The notes: generated by a model from the letters alone, not told the origin. Counted from the stretch's first letter, positions 52,201 to 64,000 are shown. The stretch is 64,000 bases of DNA from Octopus sinensis (GCF_006345805.1 NC_043005.1:82274001-82338000), one strand, 5' to 3'. Numbers and translations are program-made.

Positions 52201-53647
52201 CACCATATTTCAGATGCAATAATAAGTTCTCTTAGGAACTTAATACATTCTGTCTATATTATGGGTTTTTGGCTCCTCAACGTAAGAAAATATATAATCC
52301 TGCCAATGCATAATGGTCTCCTCTCTGTATTATTGCTTTTAGACTAGAATCTACAAACAACTTATAGAAACTGGCAGCAGAAGAACAATTAGCAGAGTAT
52401 TTTAATTAAACTCTGCCGTCGAACGAATCATTTGGATTTATATTATCACGTTAGCAGAACCTTGTTTGTATTTACTACTAAGTATGTTGAAAAATAAACC
52501 CCCAGGCATTAGATACGTCCTAACACTATTGAAAGGATGTGATGGCTGGATATATATTTTTCTAATCCACATTTTATTTATTTGCCTGCATCGAGTCTAT
52601 ACACATACATACACACACACACACATGCACACGCAGTATATATTCACTGGAAGAATAGAAAATGTGTGGATATCCTAAATGTAACTAGTTCTCTATACTG
52701 CATCACGAAGATAAAGCAAGAACTGGATCGCACATATCCGAAGCGCATATAATCTACTCGTGTTGTATGTTTTTTTTTAAAATTTATATGCTTTACATAT
52801 TTTTCGAAATGGTATTGAAACCGACGGCCTAGGTTATCACCAAACGAAAATTAAATAAATATATCTCAATTAACACTTTACATACACTTTGTGTTAAACA
52901 CAATGGACTAACCAGCTAACCAGCAAGACGACTATCTTTCTATTTTTTTTTTCGTGAAATTGCTATTCCTGTATGTCTGGCAGAGGATGTGTTGCTTGTT
53001 AAGTATGCATGGGCGTCAGTTACTTGGCTATTTATAATTATCAGCAGAGAAAGAGAGAGACTTATAGCAAACACCGTTATGACTTACTAACAGAATATGA
53101 ATTGTAGACATTGTGTGATGTTAGAGATAGATAAACACAAAATTTGTTATAAACCAGCGTTTTGAAGAAGAAAAAAAATAATTCAATATATTAAAAGCAT
53201 GAAGTTTAGGGGTTGGGGAGAAACTAATATAAATATTATTGGCATTTAAGGAGTAAAACTTTTAAAAATTTTGTGCAAAACTGAAGCATTAGTTGCATAG
53301 TTATATAACTCTCTCTCGTTCAGATATAGCAATCTATTTATTTAAACGTCTACGGCGGTGGTAAGATATATATATATATATATATATATATAGTTTAACA
53401 ATTAAGGATAATCTCTTAATAGGGATCTTAACAAGAAATTATCGGGTAGCTAGCGTGAAAACCTCATAAAGAAAGAATCCGAAAAATTTTTTTCCTTTGA
53501 ACAATTAATTATATCTATATTGTATAGAGGGCATTATTACACATAAATGCCTCACACTACTAGGAGGACAAAGTCATTACTACCAAAAATTATACTAATC
53601 ATACCCAAATGCAGTTTTTCAAAGCAAGACATTTAAAAATGAATTAT

Positions 53648-53703
53648 GTTCTGTATCACCGTGATTTCACATACAACTTGCGTCTAATGATCGTCAGCAG
53701 AAC
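53648..53703 (-). ncRNA. Type I hammerhead ribozyme, array unit 1
   Basis: Minus: GTTCTG-CTGACGA-TCATTAGAC(GCAA)GTTGTATGT-GAAA-TCACGGTGA-TA-CAGAAC. Perfect 6-bp stem I, intact core, AUA cleavage triplet. Confidence 0.85.
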
Positions 53704-54130
53704 TGATTCTGAATACATCATAAATAAACTACCAACCTTACGTAGCGGAGACGAACGACCACTGCTCACTGAGCCACTCCGGCCAAGCACATGGAATGTT
53801 TAAAATCATATATCCGGTAAATGGCGGGCTTTTTTACGAACTGCATGTCGGTAATGAAAAGTATTTCGGAATAATTTAACAATTAAGGATATCTCTTAAT
53901 AAGGGATCTTAACAGAAATTATCGGGTAGCTAGCGTGAAAACCTCTAATAAAAGAAAAGAATCCGAAAATAATTTTTTTCCTTTGAACAAATTAATTAAT
54001 CTATATTGTATAGAGGCATTATTACACATAAATGCCTCACACTAGGAGGGACAAAGTCATTACTACCAAAAATTATACTAATCATACCCAAATGCAGTTT
54101 TTCAAAGCAAGACATTTAAAAATGAATTAT

Positions 54131-54186
54131 GTTCTGTATCACCGTGATTTCACATACAACTTGCGTCTAATGATCGTCAGCAGAAC
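54131..54186 (-). ncRNA. Type I hammerhead ribozyme, array unit 2
   Basis: Identical 56 nt to unit 1. Confidence 0.85.
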
Positions 54187-54603
54187 TGATTCTGAATACA
54201 TCATAAATAAACTACCAACCTTACGTAGCAGAGACGAACAGACAACTGCTCACTCCGGCCAAGCACATGGAATTTTATAAATCATATATCCGGTAAATGG
54301 CGGCTTTTTACGAACTGCATGTCGGGTAATGAAAAGTATTTCGGAATAAGTTTAACAATTAAGGATAATCCTTAATAAGGGATCTTAACAAGAAATTATC
54401 GGGTAGCTAGCGTGAAAACCTCATAAGAAAAAGAATCCGAAAATAATTTTTTTCCTTTGAACAAATTAATTATATCTATATTGTATGAGGGCATTATTAC
54501 ACATAAATGCCTCACACTAGGAGGGACAAAGTCTTACTACCAAAAATTATACTAATCATACCCAATGCAGTTTTTCAAAGCAAGACATTTAAAAATGAAT
54601 TAT

Positions 54604-54659
54604 GTTCTGTATCACCGTGATTTCACATACAACTTGCGTCTAATGATCGTCAGCAGAAC
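54604..54659 (-). ncRNA. Type I hammerhead ribozyme, array unit 3
   Basis: Identical 56 nt to unit 1. Confidence 0.85.
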
Positions 54660-55080
54660 TGATTCTGAATACATCATAAATAAAACTACCACCTTACGTA
54701 GCGGAGACGAACAGACAACTGCTCACTCCGGCCAAGCACATGGAATGTTTATAAATCTATATCCGGTAAATGGCGGGCTTTTATTCGAACTGCATGTCGG
54801 GTAATGAAAAGTATTTCGGAATAAGTTTAACATTAAGGATAATCTCTTAATAAGGGATCTTAACAAGAAATTATCGGGTAGCTAGCGTGAAAACCTCATA
54901 AAAGAAAAGAATCCGAAAATAATTTTTTTCCTTTGAACAATTAATTATATCTATATTGTGTAGAGGGGCATTATTACACATAAATGCCTCACACTAGGAG
55001 GGACAAAGTCATTACTACCAAAAATTATACTAATCATACCCAATGCAGTTTTTCAAGCAAGACATTTAAAAATGAATTAT

Positions 55081-55134
55081 GTTCTGTATCACCGTGATTT
55101 CACATACAACTTGCGTCTATGATCGTCAGCAAAC
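55081..55134 (-). ncRNA. Type I hammerhead ribozyme, array unit 4 (two 1-nt deletions outside the core)
   Basis: Core CTGACGA/GAAA/TA intact; one base is missing in stem I and one in stem II. Confidence 0.75.
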
Positions 55135-55293
55135 TGATTCTGAATACATCATAAATAAACTACCAACCTTACGTAGCGGGACGAACAGACAACTGCTCAC
55201 TCCGGCCAAGCACATATATATATTATATATATATACCACACACACACACACATATATACACACACACACACACACAACACACCCACACACCAT

Positions 55294-55332
<39 letters not shown>

Positions 55333-55350
55333 CACCACATATATATATAT

Positions 55351-55407
<57 letters not shown>

Positions 55408-55757
55408 GATATTCACAAATACAGAATGTAAGCGCTCCACTGGTTTGTTGTAATCAGCAGATATTACCCTGACACCAGTAAACTAGCATTCCCGAAACAC
55501 ATTCCGTGAAGATGAAGTCTTCAAGTGCTGCATCTAGATGTTATTACTTCAAGGCTCACGCACGCACGCGCACATATATCATTTCTCCATATTACGTGAT
55601 TTTCCACACACCTATCTATCCTACACTAAATGAGCGCATCGGCACATAAGTTCTAGAAGATAGTAATAGCTCATAACACATAGAGTTAAACATCCCATGA
55701 GTGGCGACATACATCGTTATAAGAAGAGACAAACGCATACATATTGCTATTATACAT

Positions 55758-56081
55758 GTGTCAGTGGTTAAAGCGTCGAGCTTACGATCGTGAGGTTCTG
55801 AGTTCGATTCCTGGACCGGGCTGCGTGTTGTGTTCTTGAGCAAGACACTTTATTTTACGTTGCTCAAGTTCACTCAGCTATAGAAATGACTTGTGACATC
55901 ACTGCTGTCAAGCTGTATCGACCTTTGCCTTTCCCTTGGATAACAATGGTGGCGTGAAGAAGGGAGGCCGGTGTGCATGGGCCACTGCTGGCCTTCCATA
56001 AACAGCCTTGCCCGGACATGTGCCTTGGAGGGTAACTTTCTAGGTGCAATCCCAAGGTCATTCATGACCGAAGGGGGTCTT
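55758..56081 (+). mobile_element. tRNA-derived SINE family C
   Basis: TCAGTGGTTAAAGC A box, GAGTTCGATTCC B box, CORE-like TTGTGTTCTTGAGCAAGACACTT, tail ATGACCGAAGGGGGTCTT. Confidence 0.85.
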
Positions 56082-56174
56082 CCCACATATACATGTATTA
56101 CATTCATGTATATGTATACATATGTATGTGTGTGGGTATATACATAAATTCATATATACTTTCTTTTATTTTCT

Positions 56175-56395
56175 TTCACTAGTTTCAATCATTTGACTGC
56201 GGCCATGCTAGAGCATCGCTTTGAGGGCTTTTAGTCGAACAGTTCGACTCCAGTACTTATTTTTAAGACTACTATTCTATCACTCTCTTTTACCGAACCG
56301 CTATGTTACAGGGACGTAAAGACACACCAGAACCGGTTGCCAAGCAGTGATGGGGGACGCACACAGACACAAGGGGACACACTCACACACAGAAA
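56175..56395 (-). mobile_element. SINE family B 3' half
   Basis: TCATTTGACTGCGGCCATGC..GAACCGCTATGTTAC..CCGGTTGCCAAG. Confidence 0.8.
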
Positions 56396-56689
56396 CTGAA
56401 AAAATATATATCAAATGCATAGAAAGTTCCCCCCAAAAATAAACATAACTTTTTTCTGATAAAACCAAGAAGTTATACCTTGTAGAAAAGAGCACATATT
56501 CACGACTCCTATACAACAGCATCATCAATAAATACACCAAAGCTAGGTCACATTTATTACGAAATTAAAAAAAGAAGCTAGCATTATCGCCGCCAGACTT
56601 AAATTAGATAACAAAAGATAGAGGTCCTGATGAACATAACCTGTAACATAAGAATGTCGATCAGTCTCGTTGCTGAGCAAAGCCCCGAA

Positions 56690-57200
56690 ACGAAATTATT
56701 ACGAGCCACATCCCTCTGCACGAGATGGAGTTATCTCCTCCGGATTGAGCGAGTTCTTGATGATCATTTCTCTCTCCGCCAAGCAAAGTTTGCATTGTCT
56801 GATCCTGATAAGCTCTGGTCCATATTGTTCCGGGAGCTTCCTTTTAATACTGTATTGCATCACCTCTTCTTTTAATATCCCGACATAACTGGCCAAAGAC
56901 ATAACGTTACACTCCTCTGAGATGCTGAAAGAGAACTAAGGCTGTTTAGACGTCGCTTCAAGAGGTTCCCCGTTGCTCCAACATATCACCGTGTCGATCT
57001 CCTTAGGCTGCTTACGCTGCCATTGTTGTTTCTCCAGGTTTCGCCTCCGTTTCTGCTCTTACGGACGGACACACTGTTGATGATGTTGCTATCGCAGCTG
57101 ATGCTGCTGTTAGTGCCTCAGAATTACATCAACTTCTCACTGGACACACACTGTTAAACATTCGTGATAATCCAGCCTCTGTGCGGGAATATGCAACTAT
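56690..57200 (-). mobile_element. Penelope-like GIY-YIG endonuclease remnant
   Basis: Minus translation SLASYVGILKEEVMQYSIKRK..RQCKLCLAEREMIIKNSLNP matches the S.Y.W.LK..Y.I.W..C.LC..EK pattern of PLE endonucleases. Upstream ECLTVCV resembles the CPL..CL motif. Several stops. Confidence 0.75.
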
Positions 57201-57227
57201 TGGTATGCGTGTGATCGGGTGTATCTG

Positions 57228-57564
57228 TACTCTTTACTTGTTTCAGTCATTTGACTGCGGCCATGCTGGAGTACCGCTTTTAGTCGAACAAATCGACCCC
57301 AGGACTTATTCTTTGTCAGCCTAGTACTTATTCTATCAGTCTCTTTTGCTGAACCGCTAAGGTACGGGGTCGTAAACACACCAGCATCGGTTGGAAAGTG
57401 ATGTTGATGGGACAAACGCAGATCCCCCCACACACACACATATATATATACATAATATTCATATATATGACGGGCTTCTTTCAGTTTCCGACTACCAATT
57501 CCATTTACAAGGATTTGGTCGGCCCGAGGCTATAGTAGAAGACACTTGCCCAAGGTGCCACGCA
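57228..57564 (-). mobile_element. SINE family B, 5'-truncated
   Basis: TACTCTTTACTTGTTTCAGTCATTTGACTGCGG through GACACTTGCCCAAGGTGCCACGCA. Confidence 0.88.
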
Positions 57565-57887
57565 ATGGTTGGTAAGGACGCTATTTACCACACACATATA
57601 TATATAAGCGTGTGTGTGTGTGTGTATATATATGCGTGTGTACAAGAATGAGTATTGTATAGATGTATAACTGTATTGCATTCTACTTACAAATCTTAAC
57701 CTGTTTTTCGAAGTAAGGTGTCCACAGGTCTTAGAAGGTGGAAAGAAAGCTAGCGAACGATGTGTTGAGAGGGGAAATGTTAACAACATCACCGGTTGGT
57801 AATCTTCGAAGAAGTCCAGATGTAAATAAGGACGCCAGCATATAAAAATGCATGGACAGATACAAATACAAGCACATTTGTATGTAT

Positions 57888-57921
<34 letters not shown>

Positions 57922-58886
57922 ATGTGCGTGTGTATGTATATATGTTTGTGTATGCATATATGTGTGTATGCGCGTGCTTACAAATAAGTATGTATGTATT
58001 TAAGTATATGAATAACAGCTTCTGTCAGTCGATAACTGTTACACATAGTGACAGAATTAGCACAACATTTCAGACATATGGAACCAAGTGAAGAAAGGAA
58101 GAAAAACAAAACGAAAAACAAAAAGAAAAAAACGCAAAAGTAAAACAATATTGTTTCCTCTCCACGTTGTCTACACGTGCTCTCCTCATAACTGATAATT
58201 TAGCTTTTCTTTATATTTCTCTTTATATCTCTAAAGTGTACAGCCACCTCATTCTCTCTCTCTCTCTGTCATAGTTTCTATCTTAGCATTATACATCACT
58301 TGTTAATTTTCCTTTTTATCAACTCAGCTCATTATAAAAATAAATCGGCAGAAAACTCAACAGCAGCAAGGATTTCCCGTGCTAAAAAAGAATGGCAAAT
58401 CTGTTTTCTAAAGAGACAGAGCAACACTTGTTCATGATACAGCAGCAGTAGAGCAAGCAGTGAGTAGTAGATTCTAGCTAGAAACGATACACCTATATAC
58501 GGGTATATGATGATAGATAGGTTAGAAATACGACTGCGAGCATTATTACACTGAATATAAGAGGAACATAATGGAAATTACAACAACTAAATCAATGACA
58601 CAAACTACAATAATAAGGATAATAAAGTCATAGTTATATTAAAATCGATCCCTTATTCTCTTATATGTTTCAGTCCAATGACTGTGGCCATGATGGAGCA
58701 TTTTTCTATCAGAGTCCATTCATCAAAAATATCAAATGAGATTTAGATTTTTCTTTCTCTACTTTTCTTTTATTTGAAGGCATTACGAAGAATGTTGAAT
58801 TATCAGAGACAAATCGCGCGTTGCATACGCGCGCAAGCGCACACAGATGGAGATATGTTGCACGTGTTTTCGTGTTTGTGACTGTG

Positions 58887-58936
<50 letters not shown>

Positions 58937-59582
58937 ATGTATTAGAAGTGTTAGAAGTTAATATACATGTGCTTTAGAAAGAAAATCGGTCGATTACAGA
59001 GCAGGAATAAGAAATTAGAAGGACACTGAAATAATCAATTATGTCATGAAACTCAATTGTTTACCGCTGTTTCTGCTATAGATACAACGCACACGCAGCT
59101 GAATGCCTGTGTATTACCATATAGCTTCATCGGAGCTTCATGCTTGAAGCTCCGATTAAGTATTGACTCAATAAAACTTCTATTTATTACCATTGCATAC
59201 ATACTCTAGGTACGTTGATAAAATGAGAAGTTGAGATAATTGCTACTTGGCTTCCTTGTGTCCTTTAGCATTGTTTTTCGTATTGTAATGAATAAATACT
59301 TTGGCAACATTTCCTTATAAGTCTGGGGCCTATTCTAATGACATCTCTTTCAGAAAAAAAAGTAACTTAACTAATTACGCTTTCGATTGGCATCCATCAG
59401 TTACATTCCAGCGATTATCCCTTATTGGTTATTGGCTTTCTTGACTCGCTCAGTACAATCCTTTGGGTTACGAGGCCCAGTGATAAGTCGATATTTCTTT
59501 TTATGCAACCCTTGTGGAGTATGATAAATGGCTAATATTTCTTTCAATCTTTACTTTTGATTTATGTATTCAAATCTGAAAT

Positions 59583-59725
59583 AATCCCTCTCAACACATG
59601 GCTATGATGCTCCGCCACTACCACTGCTCATGATGACATATTGTCAGTCACTAAGGGACATGTTCAAGTGGTTGAGGTCAAGCAACTGTCAAGAAAATCT
59701 GTGCTATTGAGCAGAATATTTGCTA
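59583..59725. mobile_element. Partial copy of the 4515-4979 element
   Basis: AATCCCTCTCAACACATGGCTATGATGCTCC..AAGGGACATG..GGTCAAGCAACTG..ATTGAGCAGAATATTTGCT shared with about 4817-4965. Confidence 0.85.
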
Positions 59726-60639
59726 TATCGATATTTCCGCTTCGTCAACTCAACACTGATTACCTGAAATGTAATGGGAAATACGTCAGTTTCAAAAGAT
59801 TGATATCCCGATTACAAAAACAAAGTTTGTACGGAATAGTAGCCATTTTTGGTTTTTGAATTCTTGATAGAAACAAACAGGAAATAACACTTGTTTTTGT
59901 TTAGTTTTTCAAATTTACCATTAAAAAAAACATGAAATAAATGTTTCAATGAAAATCATCGTTTAATATCGTATTTGATTTGAAATATTTTTCTTTAAAC
60001 CGACCCGTCATAGGTAAGCTGATCAAATGACTGAGTATTTAAGTATGTCCGACACGACATTGATTCTGCCCTGCTTTAAACTTCGATATTATTAATAAAC
60101 AACGTTATGCAGATTTCATGTGAACCAAGGATATGTTCGAAAATATTTTCATAAACAATTATTGATTGGAAATCTATCGTCTTTTTGAATGTCAGTAATT
60201 CTTTTATATCAGTATTTCTAAGAACTCATATACAAGTATTTATTAATCAGTCATAGTGCATATGTGGACATTTTAAATTCTCCGAACAAAAATCATACAA
60301 GGTTTGCATAAATTCTTAACAGAACATGTATTGTCTTGTTCTCGATTAGACCAAAGCCATTTAACAGTAACATCAAAAAGGTTTCAAGCCGTGAACATTT
60401 CGTATTGTGAGTAGATCTAAGACACATGTTGTTCAATCTCATGTGCTTCTTTAAGCGATTGGGTTATGATTAGAAGGGGATTCAACTGATATTTCTAACG
60501 AATGGAGCAATTAAGTTCAAGTTCTGTTATAATTTCCGTTACAGTTCTTGATTTTGCAATGTTACTATTGGAGATGTAGACAGAGTCAATCTCCAGTCTC
60601 ATTGATATGACATAAATCAATGCGTGTTAAAAATAAACA

Positions 60640-60819
60640 ACAACCAGGATCCTTATCCGGTACCCGATCGATTCCAAAAGCTAGTCAGTTCGTGCCAGTC
60701 CCGAGGTCAAGAATCCCTGAATGTTTCATCCGAATCCATTCAGTGGTTATTGAGATATCTTGTTCACGAACAAACAAATAAGCACAACTGGAAACAATAC
60801 CTCTGCCTTAGCGAAGGGA
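60640..60819 (-). mobile_element. HINE-like element, 5' half
   Basis: Reverse complement of 2352-2545, including AATACCTCTGCCTTAGCGAAGG and CATCCGAATCCATT. Confidence 0.7.
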
Positions 60820-61800
60820 TTCAAAATTAAGGAGAACCTCAAAACTCTGCTGAAGGGAAATTTCGTGATGATCCACTTTGGGAAATAGAATATCATTAAG
60901 CAAACATAATTGCTTCTCTCTCGTGAATCACTTGTGTTATCTCACAGAATCTAATGAGAAGGATTAACTGTTGGAAACTATTTGTCTCGGAGCGGTTACA
61001 TCAACAATATAGTTAATATTAGTTAATATTATGGTCTAAGGCTAATGAAGCCTTAGGACATAACAATTCAGAAGGCCAGATGTGATTTTACTTGTATTCC
61101 CTTCATTTGCACGGTCCCATATAGAATACAATTATTCTTTCTGCCTCCGCACATCAGACACCACAAAGAGAAATTAAGAAATCACTGGAGAGTAATTACA
61201 ATAAATGCATAAATATATAACTAGCATTAAAGGCGTTGATTGTCACAAAACACTCGGGATTTATTTTCTCCAGCGCTGTTGTTTGCTGAAGAAAAATATC
61301 GGAAGTTGTAAATGCTCAGTTACAATTGTGCAAATAATCACGTCCTAAAGATAAAGAGAAACACTAAGGTTATCAAATTTGAAATACACAAATTATATCT
61401 ACATTATATAACCATATTGTTCTTCAATTTTTTCATCCTAACCATCACTGTATTATTTAACATCTCGAAACAGAACAAGAAAATATATCCCTCATGACAT
61501 TAAAATAGTAGTGAGACATATTCCACCAAGATACACAATACGGACAACTCACACTCCGGTACATTTCGGCCAACATCAGCGTCCTACATGAATGGCCTAT
61601 GGGGATTCGGACATGATATAATCAATACTTATAGGTACATATCGCTTGATTTTAAGTTAAGTATGATATCGGCTATTAGAGGAGTGAATCACAACTAACT
61701 GATATCAAAGTAAGTTTATATATACAATCTATCTATCTATTTATCTACCTATCTAACTCGGTATGAGTGCGGTGTACGTGTGTGCGAATTAATGAATGAA

Positions 61801-61857
<57 letters not shown>

Positions 61858-61991
61858 TATATTTTTATGCAGCTGAAGATTTCTCTACATTTTAAAATTG
61901 ATGTAATAATTGCACTGTTCAATTAAATGGGGTCGCATGAAACGATCGTACTGCATTACCTCTGGATATCCTTGTTGCTTATTTTGATTAG

Positions 61992-62031
<40 letters not shown>

Positions 62032-62961
62032 GTTTTCTGAACAGAGAGCTGACAGTACATCATTCACTGGAAATCTAGACTCAAGTGCACTATTTGCAGT
62101 CTTTTATAATATGATAGTAAAGTGCAGTACAGTGTATTGATATTTGGTGAATCCTTTCCAATATTGTCGTAAGAGAGCAAAATAATGTTATAGGGAATTT
62201 TCGTTTCATATCTAAGATTGTTTAACACATGAGATGTATAACTTATACTTTCAACATGTTGCCAATAATTTTAATAATAGTAACTCTGGAGAGGAAATGC
62301 GTGATCAAAGAACAATTGCCGTGGAGAATATTGGAAGTATACATTTCTAGGGAACATTTACAGCCTTGCAAAGCATATATTTTCCAGAGGTAATCTTGCT
62401 TAGTACTAGTACTTCATTACTAAATATGGAAAGATTATAATGCATTAAATACCAAAAAACTGCAACACAAGGGAGATAAATCGAAGAATAATCACTGTCC
62501 TGTTAATGTTTAAAGAATATTCATCAACCAAAATAACCGTCGAATTTGCAAAAATTAACTGTGTAAAACTTTAACTGCTGAATAACCCAGCATGTTAGAG
62601 TTCCTGAAGATACTTCTTACGATAGATTGTTATAGAACTCTCATAACTGTTAAGGTTTTTAGTGTCTAACAGCAACCACAAGCAATGCCCCTGTCATGAT
62701 TTATTTTTTAAGGGACGATACTTAGTGTATTCGGTCGTTGATATTTCTTACGAGTAAAGAAAACTCTACGGGTTCATATTTCACAAGCTGTTGGTAGCAT
62801 CGATTAAGCAATTACCGACACAAACACATAATGACACACGCGTGCGTGCACTCAAAAACACACACACGCACACATGGAGGCATTCATTTGCACGCACTCA
62901 GGAAGCGAAGCATGCTTACATATATATGATATCTGTATGTATATGTGCGATTAAGTATGCC

Positions 62962-63005
<44 letters not shown>

Positions 63006-63109
63006 ATATTTTTCTAAATACATATATACATACATATAGTATATATATGTATGTATGCATGTATTATGTGTGTATATATATACACATACATATATTTGTA
63101 TATACATAC

Positions 63110-63172
<63 letters not shown>

Positions 63173-63408
63173 TAAAAATATCTATATACATGCATATGTG
63201 TACACATTGTATATATGTGTGCATGTGCGTGTACCTATACATATGTATAATATATGCGTATAATATGCTGCACAGGTCTTTTATAATGTACATATATCTA
63301 TGTGTATCTACATACATATATATATGTGTGTGTGTATGTATGTGTAATCGTGTGTGTTTGTGTGAATGTGTGTTTGTGTGTGTGTATATGTGCGCAAGCA
63401 TGTGTGTA

Positions 63409-63520
63409 TGATAAATGGAATTTTACCGATCACACACTTGTATATACATATATATCTATATATATGCATACATTCATACATATACAAGCGTGTGTATGAT
63501 CGGTAAAATTCCATTTATCA
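63409..63520. repeat. Inverted repeat with perfect 24-bp arms around a TA-rich centre
   Basis: TGATAAATGGAATTTTACCGATCA (63409-63432) and TGATCGGTAAAATTCCATTTATCA (63497-63520). Confidence 0.9.
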
Positions 63521-63928
63521 CACTTTCCAACTAATTCAATATTCACGTTGCCTTTAATGGTAAATTCACGCTGGCGTTACCAACAAACTAATAATTTCCC
63601 TCACTCCTACATCAATCAGTGGAGGAATTAAAAATATAAGAAATAGATAGAGACAGAGGAAAAGAGTGAGAGAGAGAGTGAGATAGATTGAGTGAAAAAG
63701 ATAGCGAGAGAGAGAGAGAGAGAGAAATGAAGAGAAAGAGTGAGATATATCGTGCTGCTTATAGAACCATAAACTTGATTACACACATTTTATTTATGTT
63801 TGTTCGATGTGCTCAAAATCACGGCCAGAACTCATAAATCTACTCTCTTGTTTTAAAGGCTATGTCGAACGTTTTGATTTCGATATACAAAGCAATCCCC
63901 GGGAAAAAGTGGGACACTTTTGATCAAA

Positions 63929-64000
63929 CCGTTTCTACATAACCAATTTCTTTGCTACCCACAAGGGGCTAAACACAGAGAGGGCAAACATGGACAGACA
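63929..64000 (-). mobile_element. SINE family A type-1 tail, running off the window
   Basis: ATTTCTTTGCTACCCACAAGGGGCTAAACACAGAGAGGGCAAACATGGACAGACA. Confidence 0.8.

Larger units (their letters stand above)
53393..55214 (-). mobile_element. Tandem array (~3.8 x ~478 bp) of a hammerhead-ribozyme-bearing non-coding unit (retrozyme/Penelope pLTR-like), flanked by (TA)n
   Basis: Units start at about 53393, 53875, 54350 and 54825, are near-identical and differ mostly by homopolymer indels. Each contains a minus-strand type I HHR. Confidence 0.85.

Noticed and set aside
55170-55212. Pol III A/B-box-like motifs at the 5' end of the array (minus TGGCCGGAGTG, GTTCGTCTCC)
   Set aside because: Spacing is only about 22 nt, the B box is imperfect and there is no cloverleaf.
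53393-55214. CRISPR-like or rDNA/snRNA tandem array
   Set aside because: Units are ~478 bp with no unique spacers, and I see no match to 5S, U1, U2, U4, U5 or U6 sequences.
53609-55453. Repeated ORF MQFFKARHLKMNYVLYHRDFTYNLRLMIVSRTDSEYIINK in the tandem array
   Set aside because: Short, with C-termini that differ by frameshift between units; antisense to the HHR, with no recognisable domain. Sequence identity reflects the DNA repeat.
56620-56690. CTGATGA and CAAAGCCCCGAAAC hammerhead-like pieces next to the Penelope relic
   Set aside because: Core elements cannot be assembled into one fold without large deletions.
59758-59790. Minus-strand TTTCAG|GTAATC recursive-site-like motif
   Set aside because: Weak donor, and on the opposite strand to the stronger 9565 motif.
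62594-62645. GAGTTC-CTGAAGA...GAACTC stem with a CTGAAGA core
   Set aside because: No GAAA or stem III in the required position.

Overview
AT-rich, repeat-dominated, non-coding eukaryotic DNA. The SINE families match, from memory, octopod cephalopod (Octopus-type) elements, and the indel-rich repeats suggest a long-read assembly. No intact protein-coding gene, rRNA operon, functional tRNA or CRISPR array is supportable; nearly all ORF-track entries are translations of (TA)n/(CA)n/(TATG)n microsatellites or of SINEs. The window holds about 25 tRNA-derived SINE copies of at least five families, 5'-truncated Dong/R4-type LINE ends inside (TAA)n, an L1/Tx1-like end, Penelope RT and GIY-YIG remnants, Helentron-associated (HINE-like) elements, a MITE and a ~7 kb degenerate TA-based microsatellite. 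The main result is a set of type I hammerhead ribozyme (HHR) motifs in several unrelated elements. The best is a (TA)n-flanked, ORF-less tandem array of ~478-bp units (53393-55214), each carrying a fully foldable minus-strand hammerhead, i.e. a candidate retrozyme/circRNA-producing element. The second is a tRNA-Ser-like-headed SINE whose tail carries a minimal hammerhead (12623-12995). Also notable are a recursive-splice-site-like motif (TTTCAG|GTAAGT, 9559-9570), (TA)n-centred fold-back palindromes and systematic SINE concatemers. All structures were folded and aligned by eye; none was computed or searched.
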